A DNA stretch of 64,000 nucleotides, taken from the NCBI GenBank assembly GCA_051418015.1, contig JBPRGF010000026.1, positions 14,430-78,429 on the forward strand, read 5' to 3'. The position numbers and the translations under genes are program-made. Shown piece by piece: positions 39,729 to 49,653 of the stretch. The DNA comes from Candidatus Nitrospinota bacterium M3_3B_026 (GTDB taxonomy: Bacteria; Nitrospinota_A; UBA7883; JBPRGF01). The notes beneath the pieces were generated by a model. The model worked only from the letters and a program-made list of their open reading frames with translations, was not told the origin of the DNA and did not search any database. Position 1 is the stretch's first letter, and each line of letters begins with the position of its first letter.

Positions 39729-40250
39729 ATGATAAAACCCTGGAAGGACAAGACGCCGAAGGTCGACCCCACTGCCTTCGTCGACGAGAGCGCCAAGGTC
39801 ATTGGCGACGTCGCCATAGGGGCGGAGTCCAGCGTATGGTTCAACGCCGTGGCGCGGGGCGACGTTAACTACATCCGCATAGGCGCGAGGACCAATATCC
39901 AGGACGGCGCCGTGCTGCACGTCACCGGAACACCGTCGTACCCTTTGATCCTGGGCGACGACGTCACCGTGGGGCACAGCGTCACCCTTCACGGATGCGT
40001 CATAGAAGGCCCCGCCCTCATCGGCATGGGCGCCATAGTGATGGATGGGGCCGTCCTCAAACCCGACGTGATAGTCGCCGCGGGCGCCGTGGTGGCGGAG
40101 GGGACGGTCGTGGAGGAGGGCTGGCTCGTCATGGGCGTGCCAGCCAGGCCGAAACGAAGACTCACGGACGAGGAGCGCTCCTGGATCGCCCGCTCGGCCC
40201 GGAACTACGTGGAATACCGTCTCGACTATATGGAAAACCGGGGAGGGTAG
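39729..40250 (+). CDS. Gamma carbonic anhydrase family / hexapeptide repeat protein (YrdA-like)
   Basis: IGDVAIG, RGDVNYIRIG, NIQDGAVLH, VTVGHSVTLHGC. Confidence 0.93.
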   Translation: MIKPWKDKTPKVDPTAFVDESAKVIGDVAIGAESSVWFNAVARGDVNYIRIGARTNIQDGAVLHVTGTPSYPLILGDDVTVGHSVTLHGCVIEGPALIGMGAIVMDGAVLKPDVIVAAGAVVAEGTVVEEGWLVMGVPARPKRRLTDEERSWIARSARNYVEYRLDYMENRGG

Positions 40251-40290
40251 CGAAGCGCGGAGTATCGAGCTATAATTTCAGGTTCAACGC

Positions 40291-40381
<91 letters not shown>

Positions 40382-40622
40382 ATCTTATTGGTGTACAAGG
40401 AGCCGGGGCGATCCATAAAAGCCGCTCCTGGCGCGGGTTTTCGCGATCGACCCTTTTGACACCTGTTCTTTCAAGGTGTTTCACATCCTCAAACTCCACC
40501 GGCTTCAATATCGGACGTATGAGCAGGCTGATGACGCCGTTTCGCGTTTCCACCTTGAGCCGCCTCTTTTCCTGCGGATTTGATTGGATTATAATTACTT
40601 GTTTATAAAAGAGGCCAGGGGG

Positions 40623-40994
40623 ATGAAGGAAAAGAGAGGCCAGGGCGCTGTACAGGATTACCTGAAGGAGCTATCCGTGGCTACCGGCAGGGTGGAGAGG
40701 TTTTTTTCCAACAAGCCGTTAAGCTCGGCGGACCTGGACAAGATCCTGGAATACGCGGGCGCCGTCGAGGACATCCACAGGCGCCTCCAGGAGTCATACG
40801 ACTTTACCAACGGCGGGTCGAGGATACTCGAACAGTTCTTCAACGAGTGGAACAACATGGTCTTCGGCGTCTTCTACACCGCCGACCTGGTGGAGATGAA
40901 CAGGACATTGACCGCCGGCCAGTACGACACATTCCTTCTCACCATCCGGAGCATCCAGAAATACATAGACAACTTCGGGGTCAGAAAGGGCTAG
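40623..40994 (+). CDS. Hypothetical protein
   Basis: 123-aa ORF with plausible codon usage and a purine-rich SD; no recognisable motif. Confidence 0.65.
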   Translation: MKEKRGQGAVQDYLKELSVATGRVERFFSNKPLSSADLDKILEYAGAVEDIHRRLQESYDFTNGGSRILEQFFNEWNNMVFGVFYTADLVEMNRTLTAGQYDTFLLTIRSIQKYIDNFGVRKG

Positions 40995-41006
40995 GCCCGC
41001 CCAAGG

Positions 41007-43037
41007 CTACGAGACCCTGAGGCCGCTTCCGACGTCCCCGTCCGGCGTGATGAGCTTCAGAGTCCCGCCGTCGTTGACGGCCAGCAACATCCCCTGTGAC
41101 TCTATCCCCTTCAGCTTGCGAGGCTTCAGGTTCGCCACGATGACCACCGTTTTCCCGATGACCTCCTCCGGCGCGCAGCTTTGGGCGATCCCGGCGACGA
41201 TCGTCCGCTCCTCGCCTCCGGCGTCGACGGTCAGCTTCAAGAGCTTGTCGGTTTTCGGGACGCGCTCGGCCTCAAGGACAGTCGCCGTCCGCAGATCGAC
41301 CTTCGCGAAGTCTTCAAAATCTATCGGTTCGCCTATCGGCGCTATCTCGCGCTTGGCAGGCCCCTGGGGCGCGGCGCTTTCTTTGGAGACCTCCAGAAGT
41401 TTTTCGATCGCCTTCGGGTCCACCCGCTCCGCCAACCGCTCGAACTGGCCGATGGGGCGTCCGCCTTTTTCCTTTATCAAGGCATCGGGGGCGAACGACT
41501 CCCATTTCATGGGCGCGATGCCCAGGATGCGCTCCACCTTTTCGGCGAAAGCAGGGACGATGGGTTTCAGGAGTTTCGATATCTGCATGAATGCGGTTAT
41601 GCCCGCCGTGAGGATGCGCCGCTGATGCCCCGGGTCGTTTTTATATTCCCAGGGTTTTTCGGTGTCGATGTAACCGTTGGCCTCGTCCGCCAAGCGCATG
41701 ATTTTTCGCGTGGCGGCGGCGAAATCGAGATTTTCGTAGTCTTTGAGTATATGCCCGACTTCATCCCAGATATTGCCAAGCAATTTCGCTTCGTTTGACC
41801 ACAAACTCGCTTCCAGCCTGTTCTCAAGCTCCTTGCGCTTGTTCATCATCCCGATGGTCCGCGAGCCGAGGTTGGCGACCTTGTTCACCAGTTCGGCGTT
41901 GACGCGGAACATGAAATCCTCGAAGTTCAGGTCGAGGTCGTCGACGGAGTTTTTGAGCTTGCAGGCGTAGTAATAGCGCAGGTACTCGGGGTTTAAGTGA
42001 TCCAGGTAGTCCCGCGCCATGATAAAAGTCCCCTTGGACTTGGACATCTTCTCGCCGTTGACGGTGAGGAAGCCATGGACGTGTATCTTCGACGGGAGTT
42101 TGAAGCCCGCCCCCTCGAGCATCGGTATCCAGAACAGGGTATGGAAATAGACTATGTCTTTGCCGATGAAGTGGTGTATCTCGGCCTCGCCGCTTATCCA
42201 GAGCGCGTCGAAGTCCTCCCCCGCCCTTTTGGCCCAGCTCTTCGCGGCGGAGATGTAGCCTATCGGCGCGTCGAGCCAGACGTAAAAATACTTGTTCTCC
42301 TCGCCCGGTATCCTGAATCCGAAATAAGGCCCGTCGCGGGAGATGTCCCAGTCCCGCAGCCCCTCCTTCATCCATGTGGCCAGGTAATTTTTCACCTCCG
42401 GCTGGAGCGCGTCTCCTTCCAGGTATTTTTTCAGCGTCGCGTGAAAATGCTCCACCCGGAAGAAAAGATGTTTCGACGTCTTCCTGACAGGCGTCGTCCC
42501 GCACAGCGAGCAGCGCGGCTCTTTCAGCTCCGTCGGGCTGTAGTGCGACCCGCACGCCTCGCAGACGTCGCCGTACTGGTCCTCCGCGCCGCACCGTGGG
42601 CACACGCCTCGCACGAACCTGTCCGGCAGGAACATTTTGTCGTGCTCGCAGTATGCCTGCTCCACATCGCTGGAGACTATGTGGCCGCCCTCCTTGAGCT
42701 TGAGGTAAACCTCCTCGGAAAGCTCCCTGTTCTCCTCGGAGTTGGTGGAGTGGTAGTTGTCGAACTCGATCAGGAAATCGGCGAAGTCGCGCTGGTGTTC
42801 GGTGTGGTATCGCTCGATGATCTTCTCCGGCGCCACCCCCTCGTTTTTCGCCCGGATCATGATGGGGGCGCCGTGGGTGTCGTCAGCGCAGAAGTAGAGA
42901 CATCTTTTACCCCTCATCTTCTGGAACCTGACGAAGATGTCCGTCTGGATATACTCCACCAGGTGCCCCAGGTGGATGGGCCCGTTGGCGTAGGGCAGGG
43001 CCGACGTGACGACCATCGTTTTAGGGGTTTGGCGCAT
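41007..43037 (-). CDS. metG: Methionyl-tRNA synthetase with C-terminal tRNA-binding domain
   Basis: TSALPYANGPIHLGH, zinc knuckles, DWDISRD, YVWLDAPIGY, KMSKS, C-terminal ANLKPRKLKGIESQGM. Confidence 0.98.
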   Translation of the reverse strand: MRQTPKTMVVTSALPYANGPIHLGHLVEYIQTDIFVRFQKMRGKRCLYFCADDTHGAPIMIRAKNEGVAPEKIIERYHTEHQRDFADFLIEFDNYHSTNSEENRELSEEVYLKLKEGGHIVSSDVEQAYCEHDKMFLPDRFVRGVCPRCGAEDQYGDVCEACGSHYSPTELKEPRCSLCGTTPVRKTSKHLFFRVEHFHATLKKYLEGDALQPEVKNYLATWMKEGLRDWDISRDGPYFGFRIPGEENKYFYVWLDAPIGYISAAKSWAKRAGEDFDALWISGEAEIHHFIGKDIVYFHTLFWIPMLEGAGFKLPSKIHVHGFLTVNGEKMSKSKGTFIMARDYLDHLNPEYLRYYYACKLKNSVDDLDLNFEDFMFRVNAELVNKVANLGSRTIGMMNKRKELENRLEASLWSNEAKLLGNIWDEVGHILKDYENLDFAAATRKIMRLADEANGYIDTEKPWEYKNDPGHQRRILTAGITAFMQISKLLKPIVPAFAEKVERILGIAPMKWESFAPDALIKEKGGRPIGQFERLAERVDPKAIEKLLEVSKESAAPQGPAKREIAPIGEPIDFEDFAKVDLRTATVLEAERVPKTDKLLKLTVDAGGEERTIVAGIAQSCAPEEVIGKTVVIVANLKPRKLKGIESQGMLLAVNDGGTLKLITPDGDVGSGLRVS

Positions 43038-43226
43038 CCTTTCAGGTCCTCCGGCATCAATCCTTCTAGTGAACGGCCATTGTAGCACGGGGCCCGTGGG
43101 CTTCAACGGCGCCGCGCGTGTTGGCGAATCGCGCCGGACGGGCTATCATGTATGGGCGGCCCGGCTTTTCAGCCCGCGGCCGCGGCGTAACTGGTTTTTT
43201 TCGAAAAAACCCTGGATGGAGGGGGG

Positions 43227-44417
43227 ATGAAGGTGATCGACCAAGCGCGGCGCGCGGGGCTGACGGCTCCGGCCTTTCTCCTTGCGGTCTTTCTGCTCCT
43301 TCCCGCCGGGCCGGGGCTGGGCCAGCCGCCCCACGAGAAGATAAAAATCAACGAGACCGGTTTCACCTCCAGCGAGGTGTGCGGCAAGTGCCACACCCAG
43401 ATATACGACAGGTGGAAGGAGTCGATGCACGCCAGGGCGACGGCGGATCCCATCTTCCGCGCCTCGTACATGGAGGCGAGCTACAAGAGCGAGGGCAAGG
43501 CGGCGAAGGTTTGCCTGCGGTGCCACGCGCCCACCACCAGGTTCACCCACGAATATAACTTCGACGTCACCCCCACCTCCGAGGGGATCTCCTGCGACTT
43601 CTGCCACAGCATGAAGGAGGTGGACCTTGCCAACGAGGAATACCCCTTCGAGATAGAGTTCGGGCTGGTGAAATACGGCCCCAACAAAAAAGGCGACGTC
43701 AAGCAGCACAAGGTCGCCTACTCCAGGCTGCACACCGAGGCCAGGTTCTGCGCCTCCTGCCACGAGTACCGGCCGAACGGCGTCCCCGTGATGACCACCT
43801 ACAGCGAGTGGAAGGAGAGCGTCTACGCCGAAGAGGGCAAGCCCTGCCAGTATTGCCACATGCCGGAGATTCCGGGTGAGATATCGGACAAGGTAATAGG
43901 CGAACGCGGCCCGAAGATATTCAGCCATGACCTGGCCGGGGGCCACTCCATAACCCAGTTGAAGAAGGCCCTGGCCCTGAAAATCACCGGCGTGGAGAGA
44001 GGCGAGGACAGAATGACGGTGAAGGTGAGCCTGACGAACACCGGCTCCGGCCACCGCGTTCCCACGGGGATACCGACCCGCAAGCTGATCCTCTACTGCG
44101 AGGTGAGGGCGCCGGGCGGCAAGGTCTACAAGGACAGGATCGTCTACGAGAAGGCGATATTCGACGAGAACGGCTACGAGCTGACCAGCGACGCGGACAT
44201 CATGCTCGGCCGCGGCAGGAGCCTCGCCAAGGACAACCGCATCTATCCCAAGGAGACACGGAGCGAGTCGTTCACCTTCTACGTTCCGGGGAACAGGCGC
44301 GCGTCGGTCTCGGTCTGGGTGGACTACCTTTACACCCCGGTCATAATGCAGGAGACCGAGATGCGCATCGAGATGAACAGGGACGAGACGGTGTCGCGGC
44401 CGACGGCGGGAAGGTAG
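43227..44417 (+). CDS. Exported pentaheme cytochrome c (c554/c552-like domain)
   Basis: Signal peptide; CGKCH, CLRCH, CDFCH, CASCH, CQYCH; W..SMHA; GHRVPTG beta-rich C-terminal domain. Confidence 0.9.
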   Translation: MKVIDQARRAGLTAPAFLLAVFLLLPAGPGLGQPPHEKIKINETGFTSSEVCGKCHTQIYDRWKESMHARATADPIFRASYMEASYKSEGKAAKVCLRCHAPTTRFTHEYNFDVTPTSEGISCDFCHSMKEVDLANEEYPFEIEFGLVKYGPNKKGDVKQHKVAYSRLHTEARFCASCHEYRPNGVPVMTTYSEWKESVYAEEGKPCQYCHMPEIPGEISDKVIGERGPKIFSHDLAGGHSITQLKKALALKITGVERGEDRMTVKVSLTNTGSGHRVPTGIPTRKLILYCEVRAPGGKVYKDRIVYEKAIFDENGYELTSDADIMLGRGRSLAKDNRIYPKETRSESFTFYVPGNRRASVSVWVDYLYTPVIMQETEMRIEMNRDETVSRPTAGR

Positions 44418-44420
44418 AAG

Positions 44421-44876
44421 ATGGTCACCGAGGCGCTGGGCAGGCTGGCGGAGACGAGGCGAAGATTTCTGAACTTCGTCCTCGGCGCGCTGGGGCTTGC
44501 CTCCCTGGCGGGGGTTTTGTACCCGGTGGGGGCGTACCTTTGGCCGCCGCGCCGGGAGAGGGGCGCGGCGGGCGTCCGGTCGATGAAATTCCCCTTGAGC
44601 GACCTGCCGATCGGGGAGGCGAAGTTCGTGCGTTTTCTGAACAAGCCGGCGGTGATAATCCGCCCCAACGAGCAGGAGCTCGTGGCCCTGTCGGCCATAT
44701 GCACCCACCTGGGATGCGTTGTCAAATGGGAGGAGGACTCCGGCGAGCTTTTCTGCCCCTGCCACGGAGGCAAGTTCGACGCCAAGGGGAACGTGCTGGC
44801 GGGCCCTCCGCCGTCGCCTCTTCCCGCGTACCCGGCGCGGGTGGAGGACGAGTACGTGGTCATAGAGGAGGCCTGA
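44421..44876 (+). CDS. petC: Rieske 2Fe-2S protein of a Rieske/cytochrome b complex
   Basis: Tat-like TRRRFL plus TM helix; CTHLGC and CPCHGG boxes; GPPP. Confidence 0.93.
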   Translation: MVTEALGRLAETRRRFLNFVLGALGLASLAGVLYPVGAYLWPPRRERGAAGVRSMKFPLSDLPIGEAKFVRFLNKPAVIIRPNEQELVALSAICTHLGCVVKWEEDSGELFCPCHGGKFDAKGNVLAGPPPSPLPAYPARVEDEYVVIEEA

Positions 44877-44883
44877 CGAGATC

Positions 44884-45585
44884 ATGGAGATGGACACCCT
44901 TGAGCTGGGGCCGTTCCGGATAAGGAACAGGCTTTTCATAAGGCTCTACTCCGCCCTCAACGACCGGCTGGGAGTCCAGGAGATACTCGACGACGAGGTC
45001 TTCGAGAAGATCGTCCCGGCGCATCTTAACTTCTGGTCCTGTTTCGGGGGGATAAGCTTTTTCCTTTTCATAAGCCAGGCGGTCACCGGGATGCTGCTTA
45101 TGGTCTATTACCAGCCGACGATAGACCAGGCCCACGCCTCCGTGGCCAGGATCATGAACGAGGTGCCGTTCGGCTGGCTGATCCGCGGGATACACGCATG
45201 GGGGGCGAACCTGATGATCGTGACCATCCTGATCCACATGACGAAAATATACATAAGCGGAATATACAAGGCCCCCAGGGAGCTCAACTGGGTCGTGGGA
45301 GCGACGCTTTTCATGCTGACCCTGGGGTTGGCCTTCACCGGCTACCTGCTGCCATGGACGCAGCTTGCCTACTGGGCCACGGTGGTGGGGACGGAGACCC
45401 CGGCGGCAATCCCCTATATAGGAGAGGGGCTGCGCTTTTTGATGCGCGGAGGGGAGGAGATAGGGCAGGTGACGCTGACGAGGTTCTTCGCGGCGCACGT
45501 CATGATACTTCCGGCCGTCACGGGCCTTGTCGTCGTCCTGCATCTTGCGCAGATACGGAGACAGGGGATATCCGGCCCCATGTAG
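44884..45585 (+). CDS. petB: Cytochrome b6-like protein (N-terminal half of a split cytochrome b)
   Basis: FWSCFGG, IRGIHAWGANLM...IH, GYLLPW, RFFAAH-x14-H, C-terminus IRRQGISGPM. Confidence 0.93.
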   Translation: MEMDTLELGPFRIRNRLFIRLYSALNDRLGVQEILDDEVFEKIVPAHLNFWSCFGGISFFLFISQAVTGMLLMVYYQPTIDQAHASVARIMNEVPFGWLIRGIHAWGANLMIVTILIHMTKIYISGIYKAPRELNWVVGATLFMLTLGLAFTGYLLPWTQLAYWATVVGTETPAAIPYIGEGLRFLMRGGEEIGQVTLTRFFAAHVMILPAVTGLVVVLHLAQIRRQGISGPM

Positions 45586-45603
45586 GTGGAGAGTTTTTCA
45601 GAT

Positions 45604-46092
45604 ATGGCTTGCCAGACGGAATTCACTGAAAAGAAAGAGTGCGAGGTCAAGGCGTTGCCGATGGAGGAGAAAAAGCGCCTGATCCGCGAGGGCAGGGCGT
45701 ACTGGTTCTTCCCGGCCCACGTGACCGAGCAGGTGGTGATGTGCCTTGTGGTCCTGATGATCCTGGTGACCATCTCCACGCTGATCCCGCCGCACCTGGG
45801 GGCGAAGGCGGACCCCTTCGACACGCCGGAGCATATCAAGCCGGAGTGGTATTTTCTCGCCGCCTACTACAGCCTCAGGGTGGCGCAGTACTTCGAGTTC
45901 CTGGGGGGCTGGGCGCCGAAGCTGCTCGGGATAATGGCCCAGGGCCTGGCGGCGCTGGCGCTTTTGCTCGTGCCCTTCATAGACAGGGGCGGCAAGGAGA
46001 GAAGGCCCTCGAAGCGGCCCGTGGCCATGATCCTGAGCGCGCTCGCGGCGGGGGTGGCGATCCTCTTCACCATCCTCGGCTACATCGCGTAA
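45604..46092 (+). CDS. petD: Cytochrome b6f subunit IV-like protein
   Basis: ADPFDTPEHIKPEWYF (PEWY Qo motif), PFID; three TM helices; start uncertain (45586/45604/45661). Confidence 0.9.
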   Translation: MACQTEFTEKKECEVKALPMEEKKRLIREGRAYWFFPAHVTEQVVMCLVVLMILVTISTLIPPHLGAKADPFDTPEHIKPEWYFLAAYYSLRVAQYFEFLGGWAPKLLGIMAQGLAALALLLVPFIDRGGKERRPSKRPVAMILSALAAGVAILFTILGYIA

Positions 46093-46111
46093 CAACCCCG
46101 GCCGGGGTGTG

Positions 46112-46657
46112 TCAACGCGGGTGGATAAGCGACAGGAACTCCTGCCTCGTCCGTGGATCCGTCTTGAACCCTCCCAGCATGGCCGAGGTGATGCTGATGG
46201 AGTCCTGTTTCTCCACCCCCCGCATCGCCATGCAAAGGTGCAAAGCCTCGATGACCACCCCGACACCCTTGGGCCTCAGCCCCTCCCAGAGGGCTCCCGC
46301 CACCTGGTTCGTCAGCCGCTCCTGGACCTGCAGCCTGCGGGCGAAGACCTCCACCACCCGCGGGATCTTGGACAGGCCGATGATCCTGCCGTCGGGGATG
46401 TAGGCCACGTGGGCCTTGCCGTAAAAGGGGAGCATGTGATGCTCGCAAAGAGAAAAAAGGTCTATATCCTTCACGATCACCATCTCGTCGCAGGTCTCCT
46501 CGAACAGCGCGCCGGCGATGACCTTCGCCGCGTCCATCCTGTAGCCGCTGGTCAGGTATCGCAGGGACTTTTCAACTCTCTCGGGAGTCTTCTCGAGTCC
46601 CTCCCGCGTGGGGTCTTCCCCCATCTCGACGATCAGTTTTCTTACGCTTTCTTTCAT
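46112..46657 (-). CDS. folE: GTP cyclohydrolase I
   Basis: [52 protein letters not shown]. Confidence 0.97.
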   Translation of the reverse strand: MKESVRKLIVEMGEDPTREGLEKTPERVEKSLRYLTSGYRMDAAKVIAGALFEETCDEMVIVKDIDLFSLCEHHMLPFYGKAHVAYIPDGRIIGLSKIPRVVEVFARRLQVQERLTNQVAGALWEGLRPKGVGVVIEALHLCMAMRGVEKQDSISITSAMLGGFKTDPRTRQEFLSLIHPR

Positions 46658-46679
46658 GACGGGACGCCTTCCACGCCTC

Positions 46680-46865
46680 TTAAAGAGCAGACCTTCGCAT
46701 AATTTACTCGAATCCGCCCGCTGTTGTCGTCCTGAACGAGCGGCGTTTTCGCCGCGATGTGAAGGACCTTGATTTCATTATGACAAACAGTAAAGGCAAG
46801 ATCTTTCGCCTTTGGCTCAGGACTGCAAAAGAGTGAATCATCCAGGTTAGCAAAGCGCTCCTTAA
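46680..46865. repeat. MITE/REP-like palindromic intergenic element
   Basis: Imperfect terminal inverted repeats bounded by TTAA at both ends; internal paired arms GTCCTGAAC/GCTCAGGAC and GAAGGACCTTG/CAAGATCTTTC around an AT-rich spacer. Confidence 0.45.
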
Positions 46866-46931
46866 AGGGGGGCGCGCCGGGGAGTTTCCGCGCATGGCCC
46901 GCCCCGCGAAGACGGCGGGGCGCGGCGAAGG

Positions 46932-47216
46932 TCAGGCGGATTCGTTGTTTACCGCCTGTTTGAAGTGTTTTCCGGCCTTGAACCTCACCACCTTCCGGGC
47001 CGAAATCTCCGCCTCCTCGCCCGTCTTGGGGTTCCTGCCGATCCGGGGGTTTTTCGAGCGGGTCTGGAACGAGCCGAACCTGCGCAGTATCACCGGCTCG
47101 TCCTCGGCGAGGGTCTCCTTGATGAGGGATATGATTGTCTCTATGGCGATGTCGGCGTCCTGCTTGGACAGGCCGGTGACGTCGGCCACACGGTTGATGA
47201 TGTCTATCTTGGTCAT
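46932..47216 (-). CDS. Integration host factor / HU family DNA-binding protein
   Basis: MTKIDII, FGSF, RIGRNPKTGE, VVRFKAGK. Confidence 0.95.
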   Translation of the reverse strand: MTKIDIINRVADVTGLSKQDADIAIETIISLIKETLAEDEPVILRRFGSFQTRSKNPRIGRNPKTGEEAEISARKVVRFKAGKHFKQAVNNESA

Positions 47217-47354
47217 ATCGGCTTTTCCCCTGAACTGGTTTCAAAGACGCGAAGGACCTCTCCTCGTTCCACCGTAACATCTTGGATTATAAAATTATAT
47301 GGCGCCAGGCCCCGCCATTGCCAGTAAAATATTTTCAAAAAAACAAGCGCTGTC

Positions 47355-47696
47355 TTAAGGTCGGTCCTCCGCCCCGCCGACAACCTCGCCGATCCACTCC
47401 AGGTATTTTCCGCTTCCGGCCTCGATGGGCAGCGCGATGATCTCCGGCGTGGTATAGGAGTGGATATCCGTTGCCCGTTTTTTAAGGGCGGCGAACCGCT
47501 CCTCGCTGGTCTTCGCTATAAGCAGGGTTTCCCTGTCGTCCTGGACCTTGCCTTCCCAAATGTATATCGAACGGACAACGGGGACAATGTTGACGCACGC
47601 CGCCAGCCTCTCGTTCACCAGGATGGTGGCTATGGACTTGGCTTCGTCCTCGCTTGACGTCGTGATGAAAACAACGAGCTTGCCCGTCTGGCTCAT
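47355..47696 (-). CDS. cutA: Divalent-cation tolerance protein CutA
   Basis: LVNERLAACVNI, SIYIWEG, HSYTTPEIIALPI. Confidence 0.95.
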   Translation of the reverse strand: MSQTGKLVVFITTSSEDEAKSIATILVNERLAACVNIVPVVRSIYIWEGKVQDDRETLLIAKTSEERFAALKKRATDIHSYTTPEIIALPIEAGSGKYLEWIGEVVGGAEDRP

Positions 47697-49015
47697 ATTT
47701 TCCCTCCGGCTTCCACGGACGCCGCGGACCCTATGAGGTCATAATCCATCGCGCCCGTTATCCGAACCGGAATTATATCACCAGGCGCCGCGTCCGCCGA
47801 ATCCAGGATCACATGTCCGTCGATCTCCGGGGCCTGGGTCTCAAGCCTGCCGGTCAACAAGAGCCCGTCCTCCCTCGCTCCATCGACCATGACTTCCTCC
47901 ACGCGCCCCACCTTCTCCCCCAGGATATTGGCGGATATTTTCCTCTGGGCGCCCATGAGAGCGTCCAGCCTCTCCCCGGCCGTTTTTCCGCCGATGGCGC
48001 CGGACAGCGCGGCCGCGGGCGTCCCTTCCTCGGGAGAGTATATGAAACAGCCCGCGTGGTCCAGCCTGGCCTCCTCGACAAAGCCGAGAAGCTCCGCGAA
48101 GTCGCGCCCGGTCTCGCCGGGAAACCCCACGATGAACGACGCCCGGATGGCGGCCCCCGGCGCTTTTTCCCTTATCCGCTCCACGAGCCTTCGTATCGAC
48201 GCGCCGGTGTCGGGCCTGGACATCCTCTTCAGAACATTGTCGGCGACATGCTGCAGGGGCAGGTCGAAATAGGGGACGATCTTCTCCTCCCCGGCGATGA
48301 CGTCGAGCAGGGCGCCGCTTGCAAGCGATGGATACATGTACAAGACGCGGATCCACCTTATCCCTTCCACGCCGGAGAGCTTGCCCAAAAGCCCGGCGAG
48401 GCCGTCCTTCATCCTAAGGTCCGCGCCGTAGAGGGTCGTGTCCTGCGCCACGAGTATCAGCTCCCTCACCCCCCGCCGGGCGAGGTCCTCGGCCTCGGCC
48501 AGCAGCTCATCCGGCGTCCTGCTCCAGTACGGGCCCCGGATGGAGGGGATGACGCAGAACGAGCAGCTGTTCGAGCACCCCTCGGCGATCTTCAGGTAGG
48601 CGTAGCTTGAGGGGGTGGAAAGCTCCCTGGGGCCGGAGAGGGGGTCGGGCATATCGGCGGGAGGCCTCGGGGCGATCCGCTCCACCACCGGCCGCAGGTC
48701 CGCCGTCCCGAAGATCTCGTCTATCTCCGGTATCTCCCTTAAAAGCTCGTCCCGGTATTTTTCGGACAGGCACCCCATCACCGCCAGCTTCACGCCCGGC
48801 CTGTTTTCCTTTATCCGGGCCAGGCGCAGTATGGCGTCGATGGATTCCTCCTTGGCCGCATCGATGAACCCGCAGGTGTTGACTATCAGCGCGTCCGCGC
48901 ATGTCTCGTCCGCCACCGGCTCCGCCCCGGCCCGCCGCAGCGCGCCGAGCGCAAGCTCGGAGTCCACAAGGTTTTTGGGGCAGCCAAGGGACTCAAGGTA
49001 AACTTTTTTCGCCAT
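47693..49015 (-). CDS. rimO: Ribosomal protein S12 methylthiotransferase
   Basis: SLGCPKNLVDSE, VNTCGFI, YAYLKIAEGCSNSCSFC radical SAM motif, APEIDG TRAM domain. Confidence 0.96.
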   Translation of the reverse strand: MAKKVYLESLGCPKNLVDSELALGALRRAGAEPVADETCADALIVNTCGFIDAAKEESIDAILRLARIKENRPGVKLAVMGCLSEKYRDELLREIPEIDEIFGTADLRPVVERIAPRPPADMPDPLSGPRELSTPSSYAYLKIAEGCSNSCSFCVIPSIRGPYWSRTPDELLAEAEDLARRGVRELILVAQDTTLYGADLRMKDGLAGLLGKLSGVEGIRWIRVLYMYPSLASGALLDVIAGEEKIVPYFDLPLQHVADNVLKRMSRPDTGASIRRLVERIREKAPGAAIRASFIVGFPGETGRDFAELLGFVEEARLDHAGCFIYSPEEGTPAAALSGAIGGKTAGERLDALMGAQRKISANILGEKVGRVEEVMVDGAREDGLLLTGRLETQAPEIDGHVILDSADAAPGDIIPVRITGAMDYDLIGSAASVEAGGKI

Positions 49016-49056
49016 TTTTTGAGTATATCAGAATGGGGCGCCGGGGCTCGTAGTCT

Positions 49057-49653
49057 TCAGGCGGATCGCCAGCGCAGTTTTACCTCGCCCAGCAGGCTGG
49101 ACATCCCCAGGGTATAGGGGGGGCCGCCAGCCGCCTCCCTGGGGAAGCTGACGATGTAAAAGGAGCGGAAGGCGGTCTCGAAAGGCAGGTTGTCCCGCAG
49201 CTTCAGCTCCTCGAGCTTCACCTTTCTTATCGACTCGGGCCGGGCGAGCCCTCCGTCCGCCTCCAGGAAAAGCGACCACCGCGAGCCCTCTTTTTCGAGG
49301 TCGTTCCATTCGTCCTCGGAGGTGTAGAGAGCCACGAGGAACTGGGCGCTGGCGCCGTTTTCCTCCCTCTCCTTTTCAAGCAGGGCGGCCTTCTCCGAAG
49401 GCCCCAGGCGGCCCGCCTCCGCCGCCTGGTCCACCCACGCCCGCCGCAGACCCATGTCAAGTAGGGTAACGTCGGCGATCAGGATCGTGTCCAACTCCCG
49501 GTAGAGCCTAGCGGTCCTCGTCATTGACGCCACGGCGCGGTTGAGCGGGATTTCGCCGATCAGGTACCTGGAGCTTGTCTTCTCCGTGGCGCAGGAGGGC
49601 AGGGCGGCCGCGAGCGCAAGGAGGCAGAGGAAAAAAAGCGCGGCGGGTCTCAC
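49057..49653 (-). CDS. Hypothetical lipoprotein
   Basis: Hydrophobic signal with lipobox-like LPSC; 4-bp overlap with the sigma factor stop. Confidence 0.7.
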   Translation of the reverse strand: MRPAALFFLCLLALAAALPSCATEKTSSRYLIGEIPLNRAVASMTRTARLYRELDTILIADVTLLDMGLRRAWVDQAAEAGRLGPSEKAALLEKEREENGASAQFLVALYTSEDEWNDLEKEGSRWSLFLEADGGLARPESIRKVKLEELKLRDNLPFETAFRSFYIVSFPREAAGGPPYTLGMSSLLGEVKLRWRSA

